Notes under the pieces: generated by a model | What the model was told of the DNA's origin: nothing | What the model saw: the letters and a program-made list of their open reading frames with translations, nothing else | The model's database searches: none | Source of the DNA: Candidatus Latescibacterota bacterium | Lineage (GTDB): Bacteria > Latescibacterota > UBA2968 | NCBI GenBank assembly: GCA_965222605.1 | Contig: OZ244960.1 | Coordinates: 4,352,001 to 4,416,000 of the forward strand | Direction: 5' to 3' | Length of the DNA stretch: 64,000 nt | Part shown: positions 1 through 10,081 of the stretch, piece by piece | Numbering within the stretch: position 1 is the stretch's first letter | Layout of the letters: every line of letters begins with the position of its first letter | Translations under genes and position numbers: made by a program

Positions 1-1962
1 TGCCGTCCGGAAGATGCGCGATTTGCCCTTTGCCCTGAGGAGAATCGTGCCTCTGCTGTCTGGAATGGGGTTGCCGGGAGTCCGCCCTGATGTGATTTCG
101 AAGGGGCCGTCGGAAACGGCAAGTAGGCGCAGCCAAACCCGATCGGAAATTCGCCAATCTACGCAGAGAGTTCCGTCTGTGGAAGTGGTCTGGCGATCCC
201 TGAGCCAGGCAAATACGCCGTAGTGCGACAGAGGCGGGAAATCGAGGTCATCGATAACGTTTGATGGACGAACAATCATGCCGCCTCTAGCATGAAATAC
301 CCACGCGTACCGGTGGATGGTATCGGACGTGCAGCGATCTTCGATCCATATGTAGGGCGGTCCGAACCGGATGCGGCGTTCCAATTCCACACCCTCGTAC
401 GCGTCTTCGAGTACGGCAGATGCCAGTCGAGGATCTATTTCACGGAATTCCAGCCGGGCCTTTTCCACTGGTTGCTGATTCTGCTCATCTACCATCAGGG
501 TGTTATGCGACAATGTGCTTCTGTAATAAGCATGGATGTCGCTGGCAGCATAGCCCGCGGTGCCGAGATCGGACGCGATTTGTAATCCGAGGGCCCTGAG
601 ATCGATAGACAGCTTATCGGGATGGTCGTGACCAGCTCCGTGCGCACCTCCTTTGAACAAAAGATAGAAAGGGCCTTCGGCTGTATCTTCTCGAAAGATG
701 CCGAAGCCCATGGCCGAAAGATGGGTGGATTTTTGCGACAGCGGATCTGCATCGATCTCGTCAGGGCCGAAGGCGAGTGCGGTCAGGCTGTTGCGGGGAA
801 TACCTCGCTTGTATATGGCGCTGAGCGTTTCTGTGAACAGATCGCCGCCGAGTTGTCCCGCAGCGTATTCGTAAACGTGTCTGTAGATGGCCAGAGAACG
901 TGAACCAGGCGAGCCCAGGTCGCCCACGCATGGCAGGTCGAGATTCTGATCGCACATGTGTATAGGTGCTTCGAACAGCTTTTCAAAACGGGTTTGGATA
1001 TCCTGGGTCACCTGACCTTGCTGGCGAAGCATTTCAAACACAGTGACCATGGGACAGACCGAGTAGAAATGGTAGAACATGGTCCCTTCAAACCAAAATC
1101 CATCCACCTTGCCTTCCGGATCGGTCCTCAATCCATCGGTAAGTAGCGCAGACAGGCCTCCCCGGTCGCCGCCCAGACCCATCGAAAGCCAGTCTTCGTG
1201 GCCGGTCGCCTCACCGGAGAGAGCCAGGCACGCACCCACGTAACAGGTCATATTGTGCGCGCCTGTACGTTCGAAGAATTGGATCTGCGAAGGCATCCCG
1301 GCTTCAAAGATCCCTTCGCGGATGGTTTGATGGTCGGTGCTGGAATACGCCTCGCTGTCGCGCGTCCAGGAGTAAGCGTTAGCTATTAGAGCCAGCACTT
1401 GGGCATCGTAAAGCGGCTGGAAATAGAGGGCGTCACCGTGGTTCCCTTCGCGGAGATCTTCCCGGGTGAAAAACTGGGCTGTTAGGCGCATCCCTTCGGC
1501 TATCCAACTGGCATAGCGTTCATCCTCGGTGAGGCCGTAGAGCAGTCCCAGACTGCGCATAAGGCGATAGGTACGTTCGTGGGTGAGCAGTGTCCAGGCC
1601 CGGTGTTGGACTTCACTTTCGTGGAGTGATTGGTCCGCCGGATCCAGAAATTGATGTGGGCTCTGGGGATCGTAGATCAGATGCTCGGCGGTGGTGTGCG
1701 AGTAGAAGTCGTGACGCCACCCTATCCGTTCTTCGGGTAGCTGCGGTGGTTTTTTGAGTACAATCTCGGCTTCTTCTTGCATCTGTGAGAGGGAATCGGC
1801 GGCCCACTGCAGTGCGTCTGTTTTTCTGCGGATTTCTTCCAGGCGTTCTGCGCCAAAGAAAATTGTCGGCCAGACATCCTCGATGACCATACCCGAGTCA
1901 TAGGGCGATAACGTGTAGGGCCATTGAAAGGAGCCGACACTTGTCGTGGGTGTTTCGGTCAT
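1..1962 (-). CDS. Heparinase II/III-like polysaccharide lyase (PL17/PL15-like), runs off the left window edge
   Basis: Absent from the ORF track because there is no stop inside the window. Manual translation from ATG 1962 (RBS GAGGAG) stays open to base 1: MTETPTTSV...GAHNM...DGFWFEGTMFYHFY...GAGHDHPDKL...DLGTAGY...YYRSTLSHNTLMVDEQNQ, motifs typical of heparinase II/III-like and oligoalginate lyases. Confidence 0.85.
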   Translation of the reverse strand, partial: MTETPTTSVGSFQWPYTLSPYDSGMVIEDVWPTIFFGAERLEEIRRKTDALQWAADSLSQMQEEAEIVLKKPPQLPEERIGWRHDFYSHTTAEHLIYDPQSPHQFLDPADQSLHESEVQHRAWTLLTHERTYRLMRSLGLLYGLTEDERYASWIAEGMRLTAQFFTREDLREGNHGDALYFQPLYDAQVLALIANAYSWTRDSEAYSSTDHQTIREGIFEAGMPSQIQFFERTGAHNMTCYVGACLALSGEATGHEDWLSMGLGGDRGGLSALLTDGLRTDPEGKVDGFWFEGTMFYHFYSVCPMVTVFEMLRQQGQVTQDIQTRFEKLFEAPIHMCDQNLDLPCVGDLGSPGSRSLAIYRHVYEYAAGQLGGDLFTETLSAIYKRGIPRNSLTALAFGPDEIDADPLSQKSTHLSAMGFGIFREDTAEGPFYLLFKGGAHGAGHDHPDKLSIDLRALGLQIASDLGTAGYAASDIHAYYRSTLSHNTLMVDEQNQQPVEKARLEFREIDPRLASAVLEDAYEGVELERRIRFGPPYIWIEDRCTSDTIHRYAWVFHARGGMIVRPSNVIDDLDFPPLSHYGVFAWLRDRQTTSTDGTLCVDWRISDRVWLRLLAVSDGPFEITSGRTPGNPIPDSRGTILLRAKGKSRIFRTA

Positions 1963-2000
1963 TTCATCTCCTCAGATTGCCAGCTATTTTCGACTGCGGC

Positions 2001-2070
2001 AAAAAAAGAAAAGCCTCCTTAGTTCAGATCTTGGCGCCACACCAAATATCCATCAAGCTAAGGAGGCCTT
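2001..2070 (-). terminator. Hairpin with U-tract between the PorV-like gene and the lyase
   Basis: Stem GCCTCCTTAG/CTAAGGAGGC with an inner imperfect stem, followed on the minus strand by TTTTCTTTTTTT. Confidence 0.6.
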
Positions 2071-2169
2071 CATAAGGAATATGGACTTATCTCTATTCAG
2101 TGATCCGGAGACTCACAGTTAGTTTCGTATTGACGGTATCGGGCTTTGTGATATTGTCCCAGGTCTGGT

Positions 2170-3153
2170 TCAAAATGCAACTCCCACTGAAAACCGGCTC
2201 ACATTGGCGAAAAACTCGTTCCTGGTAAAGGAATAATCGACCATGACCTGCGTCTCGCCGATACGTTGCTTCACGCCGGCTCCCGCGGTCAGGCTTTCCA
2301 TATCGTGATTGAACTTATAGCCAACCCGGAGCGCCAGCATTTCCTGAAACCAGTATTCTCCGCCCAGGTAGATCCGCTCGCTGAAATCGCGCGGGTGGAT
2401 GGCGTCGAATGCCAGCGACAGAGAATGTGAGGGAGAGTCAAGGAGTTCCATTGCGGCGCCGATATGGAACGTCAGCGGAAGCTGAAAACCGATCTTCTGG
2501 TATTCGATTTCTGGCGAGAAGTTCCGAATGTAGATCCCCAGTCTCAGGCTCCTCAACCCGGTGTAGTAGATGGTCCCAAACGTGAAGTTTATCGCATCCG
2601 CTTTGTTATCAACGGCCACGTTGGATGTCCCCACGGGTGAGATTATGCTTGAGCCCAGATGCTCGGACACATACTTGATCTGGCCCCCGATGAAGAACTT
2701 GTTTGTCAACTGCTTGGAATAAGCAAGTCCCGCAAAATAGGCCCCCACGTCGATGCTTCCCGTCTCGGTAAATCCCTTCTCGTTCCCGGCGACCTGCGTC
2801 CCGATCAATTCACCGTAATTGACAGCGCCGAAGTTCACTGCAAAAATCCCGTGAGATGCCTTGTAGGCAGTTCCCAGTGCCGTATAGTTGATGTCCGCGA
2901 TCCACTGAACTCGGTGTGCGACCATCTGGATCTTAGAGTCCATGCGGGCCATGCCGGCCGGATTGTAGAACATAGCATCGGCGCCGTCACCTACCATCGA
3001 ATACGCTCCGCCCATTGCCTCCGCCCGCGCACTGAGACCAATCTTCAGAAATTGAAACCCCGTCTGGGCCAGTTTCTTCTTCTGGGCCTGGGCAGGTGTA
3101 ACCAGGCACACAAACATCAGCAGTATCAGAGTTAAACCCATACATTTTTTCAT
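2170..3153 (-). CDS. PorV/PorQ-family (UPF0164-like) outer-membrane beta-barrel
   Basis: Signal peptide from MKKCMG, FLKIGLSARAEAMGGA and FYNPAG motifs, C-terminal Phe. Start moved to ATG 3153. Confidence 0.8.
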   Translation of the reverse strand: MKKCMGLTLILLMFVCLVTPAQAQKKKLAQTGFQFLKIGLSARAEAMGGAYSMVGDGADAMFYNPAGMARMDSKIQMVAHRVQWIADINYTALGTAYKASHGIFAVNFGAVNYGELIGTQVAGNEKGFTETGSIDVGAYFAGLAYSKQLTNKFFIGGQIKYVSEHLGSSIISPVGTSNVAVDNKADAINFTFGTIYYTGLRSLRLGIYIRNFSPEIEYQKIGFQLPLTFHIGAAMELLDSPSHSLSLAFDAIHPRDFSERIYLGGEYWFQEMLALRVGYKFNHDMESLTAGAGVKQRIGETQVMVDYSFTRNEFFANVSRFSVGVAF

Positions 3154-3181
3154 TGTATTTCCCCTTCTCCGAGACCGTCGA

Positions 3182-5311
3182 TTACCTGACGATAACGAAT
3201 TTGACAAAGCTGGATTCTCCGCTTGGCATCTCTACATGTGCGATGTAGACGCCGCTGACAACGATCTGCCTGGTTTCGGTCGTCAAATCGCTCCAGGGTT
3301 CATCCCCCGAACCGTCCGTGTGCTCCAGGACTTTGACCAGGTCTCCGCTTAGAGTGAAGATACGGATTGTACATTCTGGCGGCAGCCCTGCGAACAGGAT
3401 CTTGTCATTTTCTCCTGGGAACTGCAGTCCTGCCTCTGCTGCCGAAATATTGTAGGGATTGGGCACGACTCTGATATCGGCCAATGTGTTCCCTGGCGCC
3501 CGTGTCAGAGAGACCGGTTCCGTCGTTCGATTATACAGGATGCCGCTTTCGACACTCTCGCCGGGTCGAAGCCCATCCTCGATGCCCGGCTGATTCTGCG
3601 ACCCATCGTCAAACGCTGTGACAGCGTAATAATAAGAAACGCCCCGCTGGGCGGTCACGTCGTCAAACGAGTGGACGCTCGTTCCCTGAGACTCGTGGAT
3701 CACCGTGAACGTCGTGTCGGGACTCCCAACCGCTCGATACACCCTGTATCCGGCAAAGTCGGACGCGGATTCGGATTCGGACCCCCACAAAATCTGGACC
3801 CTATCCGGGCGCCCCCATACCTCGATGGATGGCGGCGGCGGTGCCTTGGGGACGTTGTAATTGTGTCGTACGGCCCACTCCGCGTTATAGATGTTCTGGA
3901 ACAGAGAGTCCTTACCCGTGGCGACCCAGTTGTCTTTGGCGCGATCGACCGCCGTCGGAATGAGATCCGGAAACGCCTGGCCCACGGGCGGGATCTTGTC
4001 TTCGCCTTCCCAGGTCAGCGTTCCTTCTTTCCATCTTCGTCCGATATCCCACCTCATCTCGCGAGAGAGGGAGCCGCCGACAACGGCGAACACCATCCGG
4101 AAATCATCTCCGGCCTTCATCTCGTCGAACGGTCCCAGAGACATATAGATGGCCCCACGTCCCTTTGTCGCATCTTGCACCCATTTGATCTTTCGCTCAT
4201 CCATTCGCGACTGGTAGCGCACACGGCCCTCGGAGGGGACGTTAAGGCCGAAGTAGTAAGCCTTCTGGCCCTCCACCAGTTCGGGAAAACCGTAGTGGAA
4301 GGAGCTGTATTCCAGTTCGTTCACCGTTGGATTGTTCTGGTCATGCTGTCGGGCGGTGGTGTATTTCTGCAGTCCGGATGCAAACACGTGCGGCTGCTCT
4401 CGGTCGTCGGTAAGGTCGTCAACAGATTTGTCAACGTGTAGAATGGCGATGCCAACGTAGGATGGTTCCTTGATAAACCCCGTCGTCTGATCGGGATTTC
4501 CGAAGGTGTCGTATTGCTGGCCTCTGTTCCAGGCAGGATAATTGTAGGCGACCCGCAGCGAATCGCCTTCCTGTTCGCCGTACGTTGTGCTCCATCCGAA
4601 ATTCCCCATATCCTGATTGACCCATGCAGCGAGGGCAAAGTATACGCCATTCAGGGTCTGGGCGGGCAGATCCACCTGTATCCCGGACGGAGTCGTGTAC
4701 TGGCCTGTGGTATTCTTGAAAGTCCAGTCATAAAGCACATAGTCGTCGTGGTTGACCTGCGAAAAAACGAACACCTTCTGATGGATCGTGATCCCGACCG
4801 AGGTTCGAATCCAGGATTCGATTAACTGATCAGCGCCTTTTCCCCCACTCGAATCGATATAGTCCGGATTGACTTCATCCCCCTCCAATGGAAAGAAGGG
4901 CTGGATGGAGGCGCCCTGAACGGATATAGATGGAGGCTGGAACCTCACATACCTTCTAATCGTAAACCCATCTACATCGACGGGCATATTGTCAAAGGCC
5001 TCTTCACCGTTATAGACGCTCGTACCGCTGGTCTTGAAGCCCCAGGTGGCACCCCTCTCATCGGTCCAGTCCCTAACCGCAACCCTCCACGCGATATTCT
5101 CCATAAATCGGTTTCCATTGTAGTAGAACTGCCGGTATGATCTGAGCGGCCTGGACATATCGCCGGAATCGAAAATGGCGCTCCACATTTTTCCGATTCT
5201 CACCCACTTAAACACATCCGCCCGGGCAGTGTTGGCGAGGACCAGGAAGACAATCAATCCAAAAACGATCGCCACCAGTGCCTTCGGGATCCTTATCCCT
5301 GAATATTTCAT
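3182..5311 (-). CDS. Secreted protein with fibronectin-III domain and T9SS-CTD/FlgD-like C-terminal Ig domain
   Basis: Signal peptide; FN3-like GYRVYR...YYYAVTAFD; C-terminal VVPNPYN...IRIFTLSGDLVK...SGVYI pattern. Confidence 0.7.
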   Translation of the reverse strand: MKYSGIRIPKALVAIVFGLIVFLVLANTARADVFKWVRIGKMWSAIFDSGDMSRPLRSYRQFYYNGNRFMENIAWRVAVRDWTDERGATWGFKTSGTSVYNGEEAFDNMPVDVDGFTIRRYVRFQPPSISVQGASIQPFFPLEGDEVNPDYIDSSGGKGADQLIESWIRTSVGITIHQKVFVFSQVNHDDYVLYDWTFKNTTGQYTTPSGIQVDLPAQTLNGVYFALAAWVNQDMGNFGWSTTYGEQEGDSLRVAYNYPAWNRGQQYDTFGNPDQTTGFIKEPSYVGIAILHVDKSVDDLTDDREQPHVFASGLQKYTTARQHDQNNPTVNELEYSSFHYGFPELVEGQKAYYFGLNVPSEGRVRYQSRMDERKIKWVQDATKGRGAIYMSLGPFDEMKAGDDFRMVFAVVGGSLSREMRWDIGRRWKEGTLTWEGEDKIPPVGQAFPDLIPTAVDRAKDNWVATGKDSLFQNIYNAEWAVRHNYNVPKAPPPPSIEVWGRPDRVQILWGSESESASDFAGYRVYRAVGSPDTTFTVIHESQGTSVHSFDDVTAQRGVSYYYAVTAFDDGSQNQPGIEDGLRPGESVESGILYNRTTEPVSLTRAPGNTLADIRVVPNPYNISAAEAGLQFPGENDKILFAGLPPECTIRIFTLSGDLVKVLEHTDGSGDEPWSDLTTETRQIVVSGVYIAHVEMPSGESSFVKFVIVR

Positions 5312-5353
5312 GGCTTCTCCTTCCTCTTAACTGTTAAAAATAGAACAGTTTTT

Positions 5354-8317
5354 TTAAAAACTCACCTTGATCCCAAAGAAGATATCCCTCGGAGGCAAGA
5401 AGGTCGCGCTTTCTGCGTTCGGCATCATGATATGGCTGTCCTCTCCCCCGATGGTCCCCATTCTGTCGTTCCCCACCGGATTTTCGTAGGCCGGAGATTC
5501 GGGCAGGTTCAAGGTTGTCATGTAGTCCTCTCTGTCGGAGGTGCTGACAAAACCCGCGTTCCCATTGAAGTATTTCTGGTTGAACAGATTCGTAATATCC
5601 ACAAACAGGCCGACATCTACTCCTCTCGCCACGAAGTCCTTGGATATTCGCGCGTTCCAGTTCGAGTAGTTTTCCCACTGGAGGTTGTTCTGGATACCTG
5701 GAATCTGGTTTGGATTGTAGGTGATCCAGCCCCCGGCTCTCCAGTTGTAGAAGAGGCTGAATCGAAATCTCTCCAGCGGCTTGAATCCGGCCACTTCTGG
5801 TCCGGAATCCGGCGGCACCAGGAGCATCACATTCGCCCGGAATGAGGGTCGAGCTTTAGGCCTGCTCTGGTATGGGTCCTGTAGGCCAAAAAGCCTGTGT
5901 TGAACCGGGTCCTCGTAGTAGTTCCGGCGCCCGATAAACCCACTGGTCAGGACCATATAGTTGTAGTTCGCCCATCCTGTGAACCACTGTCCCACGCTTT
6001 TATCCACTCTGATTTCGAAACCCCTGATGTCCGCGTAGTTGTTGTTTTCAACGGTGGTATAGACCACGCTTCCGTCCACATTGTTGTAGGTGACATTGCC
6101 AACCTGATCGGCGACATCCTTATAGTATCCGGCCAGATGAATGAGCACCATATTGAACAGATTGTGGTCGTACCCCAGTTCATAAGCGATGGTTCGTTCC
6201 CACTCCGTGCTCGGGTTGCCCAGATAGGCTATCTTGCCCGGAAAACTCCTCCGGACGCCGTAGTAATCCTCTGTTCTGGGTATGCTGTAGAAGTGACCGT
6301 AGTTGAAATAGATCTTCGAATTCACTGTGATGGGGTGCGATACGCCCAGCCGTGGGCTGAATTTGAGGTGGCTTTTGGCCGGCTCCGTGGGAACGACTTC
6401 CTCAAAGTCATCCTGGTATTTCGCCGTCAGGAATTTGGAATAGTGATCCACCGAATACCAGTCTGTGGCGGGCGTGGCATAATCCATACGAACCCCAATA
6501 TTCGCGATCATGCCCTCCACCTCCAGCTTGTCCTGGGCGTACGCGCTGAACCGTTTGGGGATCTTTTCGTACGTGTTTATCCAGGTGTAGGGTGTGATGC
6601 CCGGATTGTAGATGGCATTCCAGATCGCCAGGTCGTTATAGACGTAGTGAAATCCTGCTTTGGCCTGATTGTAACGGCCGATCTGGCTGGTGATATCCGC
6701 CCGGATATTCGTGGTCGTAATAATCGAGCTGTCACGAGCCGTCGAAAGATGCATGCCCATACGCATTCCGTCCTGGGCTTCAATTGAATCAAACCACAAA
6801 CCCAGCGGCGCTTCATCTACCATCATTGGACCGAACTGGTATTGCAGCGTGCGGTCTCTGATGGGCAGAGCAGTCGTACGGTACTCGGATTCCATCCGAT
6901 CTACCCTGAGGTTATAGAAAGTAGATCTGCCCAGGGTGTGTGTGAGTACGAAACCCAACGAGGTCCTCTTGAGACTGAACAGAGAAAACCTGGATGGTGT
7001 ATAGATCGTCGCGCCGCTATAGCTGGTCGCGTCCGCCAGCGTCTCGATGGCGTTGTCGTAATAGAGCCCTGTGTTACCGTCTGCGACCGACTCGATATTG
7101 CTGTATCCTCCGACAGCAGTGAGTTTCATTGACGGGATGATATTCAAAATTAGCTTCAGCGTCGAGTTGTCTTCTCGATGGCTATCCCTTGACATCGGAT
7201 AGGGATAGATATTGATATCCGTACGGTGTGATGCAAAGAAGCTCAGCTTTCTACTGGCGGGAATCAGCGGTCCGCCGATACTCGCGTCTCCAATATGGTC
7301 CGCTTTGTCCCCATCCTTCAAAGAGCGTGGTCCTCCTTCGGCGAATTTTCTGAACATAAACAGCTGCTGGGCTTCTTGGGGCGACATGTCATTTGAGGGA
7401 TCGTCATCTTCTGTATATCGCTTGGCTATCTCATTCCAGCCTACAAATTGCCTTTCCTGCAGTTGGGTTTCCTCGTCCCACTTGCCCGTACCTTCAAAGG
7501 CGACCTCAGGATCGAGAAAAGCCCGTAGATAGTAGTTATCCGCGCTATACCATGAGGGTCCGAAATGCTTTTTAGCAGGTGGGCTGTACCGATAATCAAC
7601 CGACCCGTGGTAACGGTCCTGGGCAGATTTTGTGATCACGTTGATCACACCCGATCTCACATTCCCGTATTCCGCATTGAACCCACCGGTGATAATCGAG
7701 ATCTCCTGTACGGTACTCAGGTTGAGGGAGGTCAGCGTGGGCCTGTTCACCCGTTCATCCACCATCAGGATGCCATCCACCACCATCGCGACCTGATTCT
7801 GCCCACCCCCTCGGACCACCATATTCTCGATTCCCGGCTGCGTGTTCAGGAACTGCTCGACCTTCACAACTGCAGGGATCTCCCTCACCTGCTCACCCTG
7901 GACAATTACCTCGCTGGCCGAAACGTCCATCTGGACCACTTCCCTTTCAGCCGTTACCGTGATCTCCCGCCCCACTATACTACTAACTTGCAATGAGAAA
8001 TTGACAGGAACCGTACGTCGTCCCTGCACCAGCACATCCGTTTTGCTCACAGTGGTGTATCCGACCATGGATACCCGGACCACATGCTTGCCCGGTGAAA
8101 CGTTCAGGATGTTGTAAACGCCTTCCACATCGGTGGAAGCTCCTAATGATGTACCTTCGATGATCACGTTCGCTCCCGGTAGGGGCTCTCCGGTCTCCTC
8201 GTCTGTGACGACACCGCGGACCTTACCTGTCTCTTGGGCTAACAGGTCTCCCTGCACGAGGAAGAGCGAAAGCGCAATGCTAAGTAGCGGTAGAAACCAT
8301 CTTCTTGTCCGTTCCAT
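5354..8317 (-). CDS. TonB-dependent receptor with N-terminal carboxypeptidase-regulatory-like domain
   Basis: GVVTDEETGEPLPGANV N-terminal domain, plug motif GGFNAEYGNVRSGVINVITK, NLFNQKY and terminal F; 987 aa. Confidence 0.92.
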   Translation of the reverse strand: MERTRRWFLPLLSIALSLFLVQGDLLAQETGKVRGVVTDEETGEPLPGANVIIEGTSLGASTDVEGVYNILNVSPGKHVVRVSMVGYTTVSKTDVLVQGRRTVPVNFSLQVSSIVGREITVTAEREVVQMDVSASEVIVQGEQVREIPAVVKVEQFLNTQPGIENMVVRGGGQNQVAMVVDGILMVDERVNRPTLTSLNLSTVQEISIITGGFNAEYGNVRSGVINVITKSAQDRYHGSVDYRYSPPAKKHFGPSWYSADNYYLRAFLDPEVAFEGTGKWDEETQLQERQFVGWNEIAKRYTEDDDPSNDMSPQEAQQLFMFRKFAEGGPRSLKDGDKADHIGDASIGGPLIPASRKLSFFASHRTDINIYPYPMSRDSHREDNSTLKLILNIIPSMKLTAVGGYSNIESVADGNTGLYYDNAIETLADATSYSGATIYTPSRFSLFSLKRTSLGFVLTHTLGRSTFYNLRVDRMESEYRTTALPIRDRTLQYQFGPMMVDEAPLGLWFDSIEAQDGMRMGMHLSTARDSSIITTTNIRADITSQIGRYNQAKAGFHYVYNDLAIWNAIYNPGITPYTWINTYEKIPKRFSAYAQDKLEVEGMIANIGVRMDYATPATDWYSVDHYSKFLTAKYQDDFEEVVPTEPAKSHLKFSPRLGVSHPITVNSKIYFNYGHFYSIPRTEDYYGVRRSFPGKIAYLGNPSTEWERTIAYELGYDHNLFNMVLIHLAGYYKDVADQVGNVTYNNVDGSVVYTTVENNNYADIRGFEIRVDKSVGQWFTGWANYNYMVLTSGFIGRRNYYEDPVQHRLFGLQDPYQSRPKARPSFRANVMLLVPPDSGPEVAGFKPLERFRFSLFYNWRAGGWITYNPNQIPGIQNNLQWENYSNWNARISKDFVARGVDVGLFVDITNLFNQKYFNGNAGFVSTSDREDYMTTLNLPESPAYENPVGNDRMGTIGGEDSHIMMPNAESATFLPPRDIFFGIKVSF

Positions 8318-8562
8318 ATTTCTCTCCTCTTTTTTTTAACCTGTGATACAACGTGTTAAATTTTATAGCATTTACACCTCCTTCCTACCGAAAGACCCGA
8401 TGAGGTATCTTCTAAACAGAACAAGGGGTCTATTCGGTTGGCAATTTTTGTTGCTGAAACTGTTTAAAAAAAGCAAAAAAATAAGTTTTTCTAAAAAAAA
8501 TAGTAGTCTTAATTTATTTTTTTAATTAGCAGATGTCAATATATTTCTCCCCGATGGGTAGC

Positions 8563-8590
8563 TTTATGGTGGGCAGTATCGGATTCGAAC
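8563..8590 (-). repeat. Degenerate duplicate of the tRNA-Val 3' end (att-like scar)
   Basis: TTTATGGTGGGCAGTATCGGATTCGAAC matches 8634-8661 (TTTATGGTGGGCGATACTGGATTCGAAC) at 24/28. Confidence 0.75.
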
Positions 8591-8630
8591 AAAAAAAAGG
8601 CCTACGATTTTCTCGTAAGCCTTTTTTATT
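8591..8630. terminator. Bidirectional hairpin downstream of tRNA-Val
   Basis: AAAAAAAAGGCCTACGA-TTTTC-TCGTAAGCCTTTTTT. Confidence 0.65.
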
Positions 8631-8637
8631 AAGTTTA

Positions 8638-8714
8638 TGGTGGGCGATACTGGATTCGAACCAGTGACCTCCTGCTTGTAAGGCAGGCGCTCTAACCAGC
8701 TGAGCTAACCGCCC
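8638..8714 (-). tRNA. tRNA-Val(TAC)
   Basis: GGGCGGTTAGCTCAGCTGGTTAGAGCGCCTGCCTTACAAGCAGGAGGTCACTGGTTCGAATCCAGTATCGCCCACCA; cloverleaf, anticodon TAC, CCA end. Confidence 0.97.
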
Positions 8715-8744
8715 GGATAATGCTTTCGCATAAAACAAAATCTA

Positions 8745-9002
8745 TTACCCATCGGTTGATGGCTCGTCTTCTTTCTTGCCGCTGAGCAAGGCTATTGGGA
8801 TGAATACGCAGTAACCGAGCACGAGCAGCAGCGGGGCAAGCGTGAGCGACATAAAACCATCGACTGGCGGTAGGGAAAGAAAAACATAGCCGAGTGCAAT
8901 AGTGGCAAGACTCAGAGCAAAAAGCCACATATTCCGTTCCGAATAGGGCATTTTGGGCCGGCGTTTGGGTGTGCGGCGTTGTCGCGCTCGGCGAGGAGGC
9001 AT
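8745..9002 (-). CDS. Small two-TM membrane protein, DUF3098-like
   Basis: Basic N-terminus, two hydrophobic segments, LAPLLLVLGY motif; start set at ATG 9002 just after rplS. Confidence 0.6.
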   Translation of the reverse strand: MPPRRARQRRTPKRRPKMPYSERNMWLFALSLATIALGYVFLSLPPVDGFMSLTLAPLLLVLGYCVFIPIALLSGKKEDEPSTDG

Positions 9003-9012
9003 AATAGAATCC

Positions 9013-9360
9013 CTATCGATGTTCTGCAATGCGGGCAGCACGACCGCGCAGATTGCGCAGGTAATAAATTTTTGCTCGCCGCACTTTACCGCGGCGCAGC
9101 ACTTCAATTTTAGCTATGCGAGGTGTGTGCAGTGGAAAGATGCGCTCTACCCCAACACCACCCGTGCTAATTTTGCGAACTGTAAATGTCGCGTGAATGC
9201 CCGCTCCCCGGCGCTGAATGATCACACCCTCAAAAAGCTGGATGCGTTCTTTTTCACCTTCTACCACGCGCACATGCACGCGCACAGTATCCCCGGCTCC
9301 AAATTTGGGTATATCGTCGCGTAGCTGCGCTTCGGAAACAGATTTCAAAATGGCATCCAT
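9013..9360 (-). CDS. rplS: 50S ribosomal protein L19
   Basis: [23 protein letters not shown]...[11 protein letters not shown]...[12 protein letters not shown]. Confidence 0.98.
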   Translation of the reverse strand: MDAILKSVSEAQLRDDIPKFGAGDTVRVHVRVVEGEKERIQLFEGVIIQRRGAGIHATFTVRKISTGGVGVERIFPLHTPRIAKIEVLRRGKVRRAKIYYLRNLRGRAARIAEHR

Positions 9361-9403
9361 GATTTACAAACTCCTGAAAAAATGAAAAGACAAACAAAGT
9401 TGG

Positions 9404-10072
9404 TTATTCCAACAAATCGGGGCGTCGCTCAAGCGTGCGTTGCCGGGCGTTGTCTCGCCGCCATTGGGAGACTTTTTTGTGATCTCCACTGAGCAATGCC
9501 TCTGGCACAGTTAAGCCTTCAAACTCTTGAGGGCGCGTGTACCACGCACAATCCAACAGACGATTTTGAAACGAGTCTTCAAGTGCTGACTCGGCATTGC
9601 CAATGGCACCGGGAATCAACCGGATCAACGCATCGATCAAAATGAGGGCGGGCAATTCGCCGCCGCTGAGCACATAATCGCCAATCGAAATTTCATCATC
9701 GATATAGTTTTCGCGGACGCGCTCATCAATGCCGCGATAGTGACCGCACAACAACACCAGATGATCCGACAAAGACAACTCATTGGCCACAGATTGCGTA
9801 AATTGCCGTCCCTCAGGTGTGAGAAAAATCACGCGACCACCTGCGGGGAGTGCTTCTATCGCGCGTGCAATGGGTTCGGGTTTGAAGATCATCCCCGCGC
9901 CACCGCCGTAGGGCGTATCGTCGATTGTTTTGTGTTTGTCGTCTGCGTGGTCTCGAAGGTCGTGCGCCAAAACGTCGATCAATCCCGCAGCAATGGCGCG
10001 TCGCGGAATACTGTACTGCAGCACATCCCGAATCAAATCGGGAAAAATTGTGATCACGTCTATTCGCATCAC
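9404..10072 (-). CDS. trmD: tRNA (guanine-N1)-methyltransferase
   Basis: DDTPYGGGAGM and EISIGDYVLSGGE motifs; canonical operon position. Confidence 0.98.
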   Translation of the reverse strand: MMRIDVITIFPDLIRDVLQYSIPRRAIAAGLIDVLAHDLRDHADDKHKTIDDTPYGGGAGMIFKPEPIARAIEALPAGGRVIFLTPEGRQFTQSVANELSLSDHLVLLCGHYRGIDERVRENYIDDEISIGDYVLSGGELPALILIDALIRLIPGAIGNAESALEDSFQNRLLDCAWYTRPQEFEGLTVPEALLSGDHKKVSQWRRDNARQRTLERRPDLLE

Positions 10073-10081
10073 AGATATGTC

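Noticed and set aside
14-1940. Many short ORFs in the track across 14-1940
   Set aside because: They are shadows of the single long minus-strand lyase frame (1962 to the window edge).
8526-8738. 70-aa ORF on the minus strand
   Set aside because: It overlaps tRNA-Val and its terminator.
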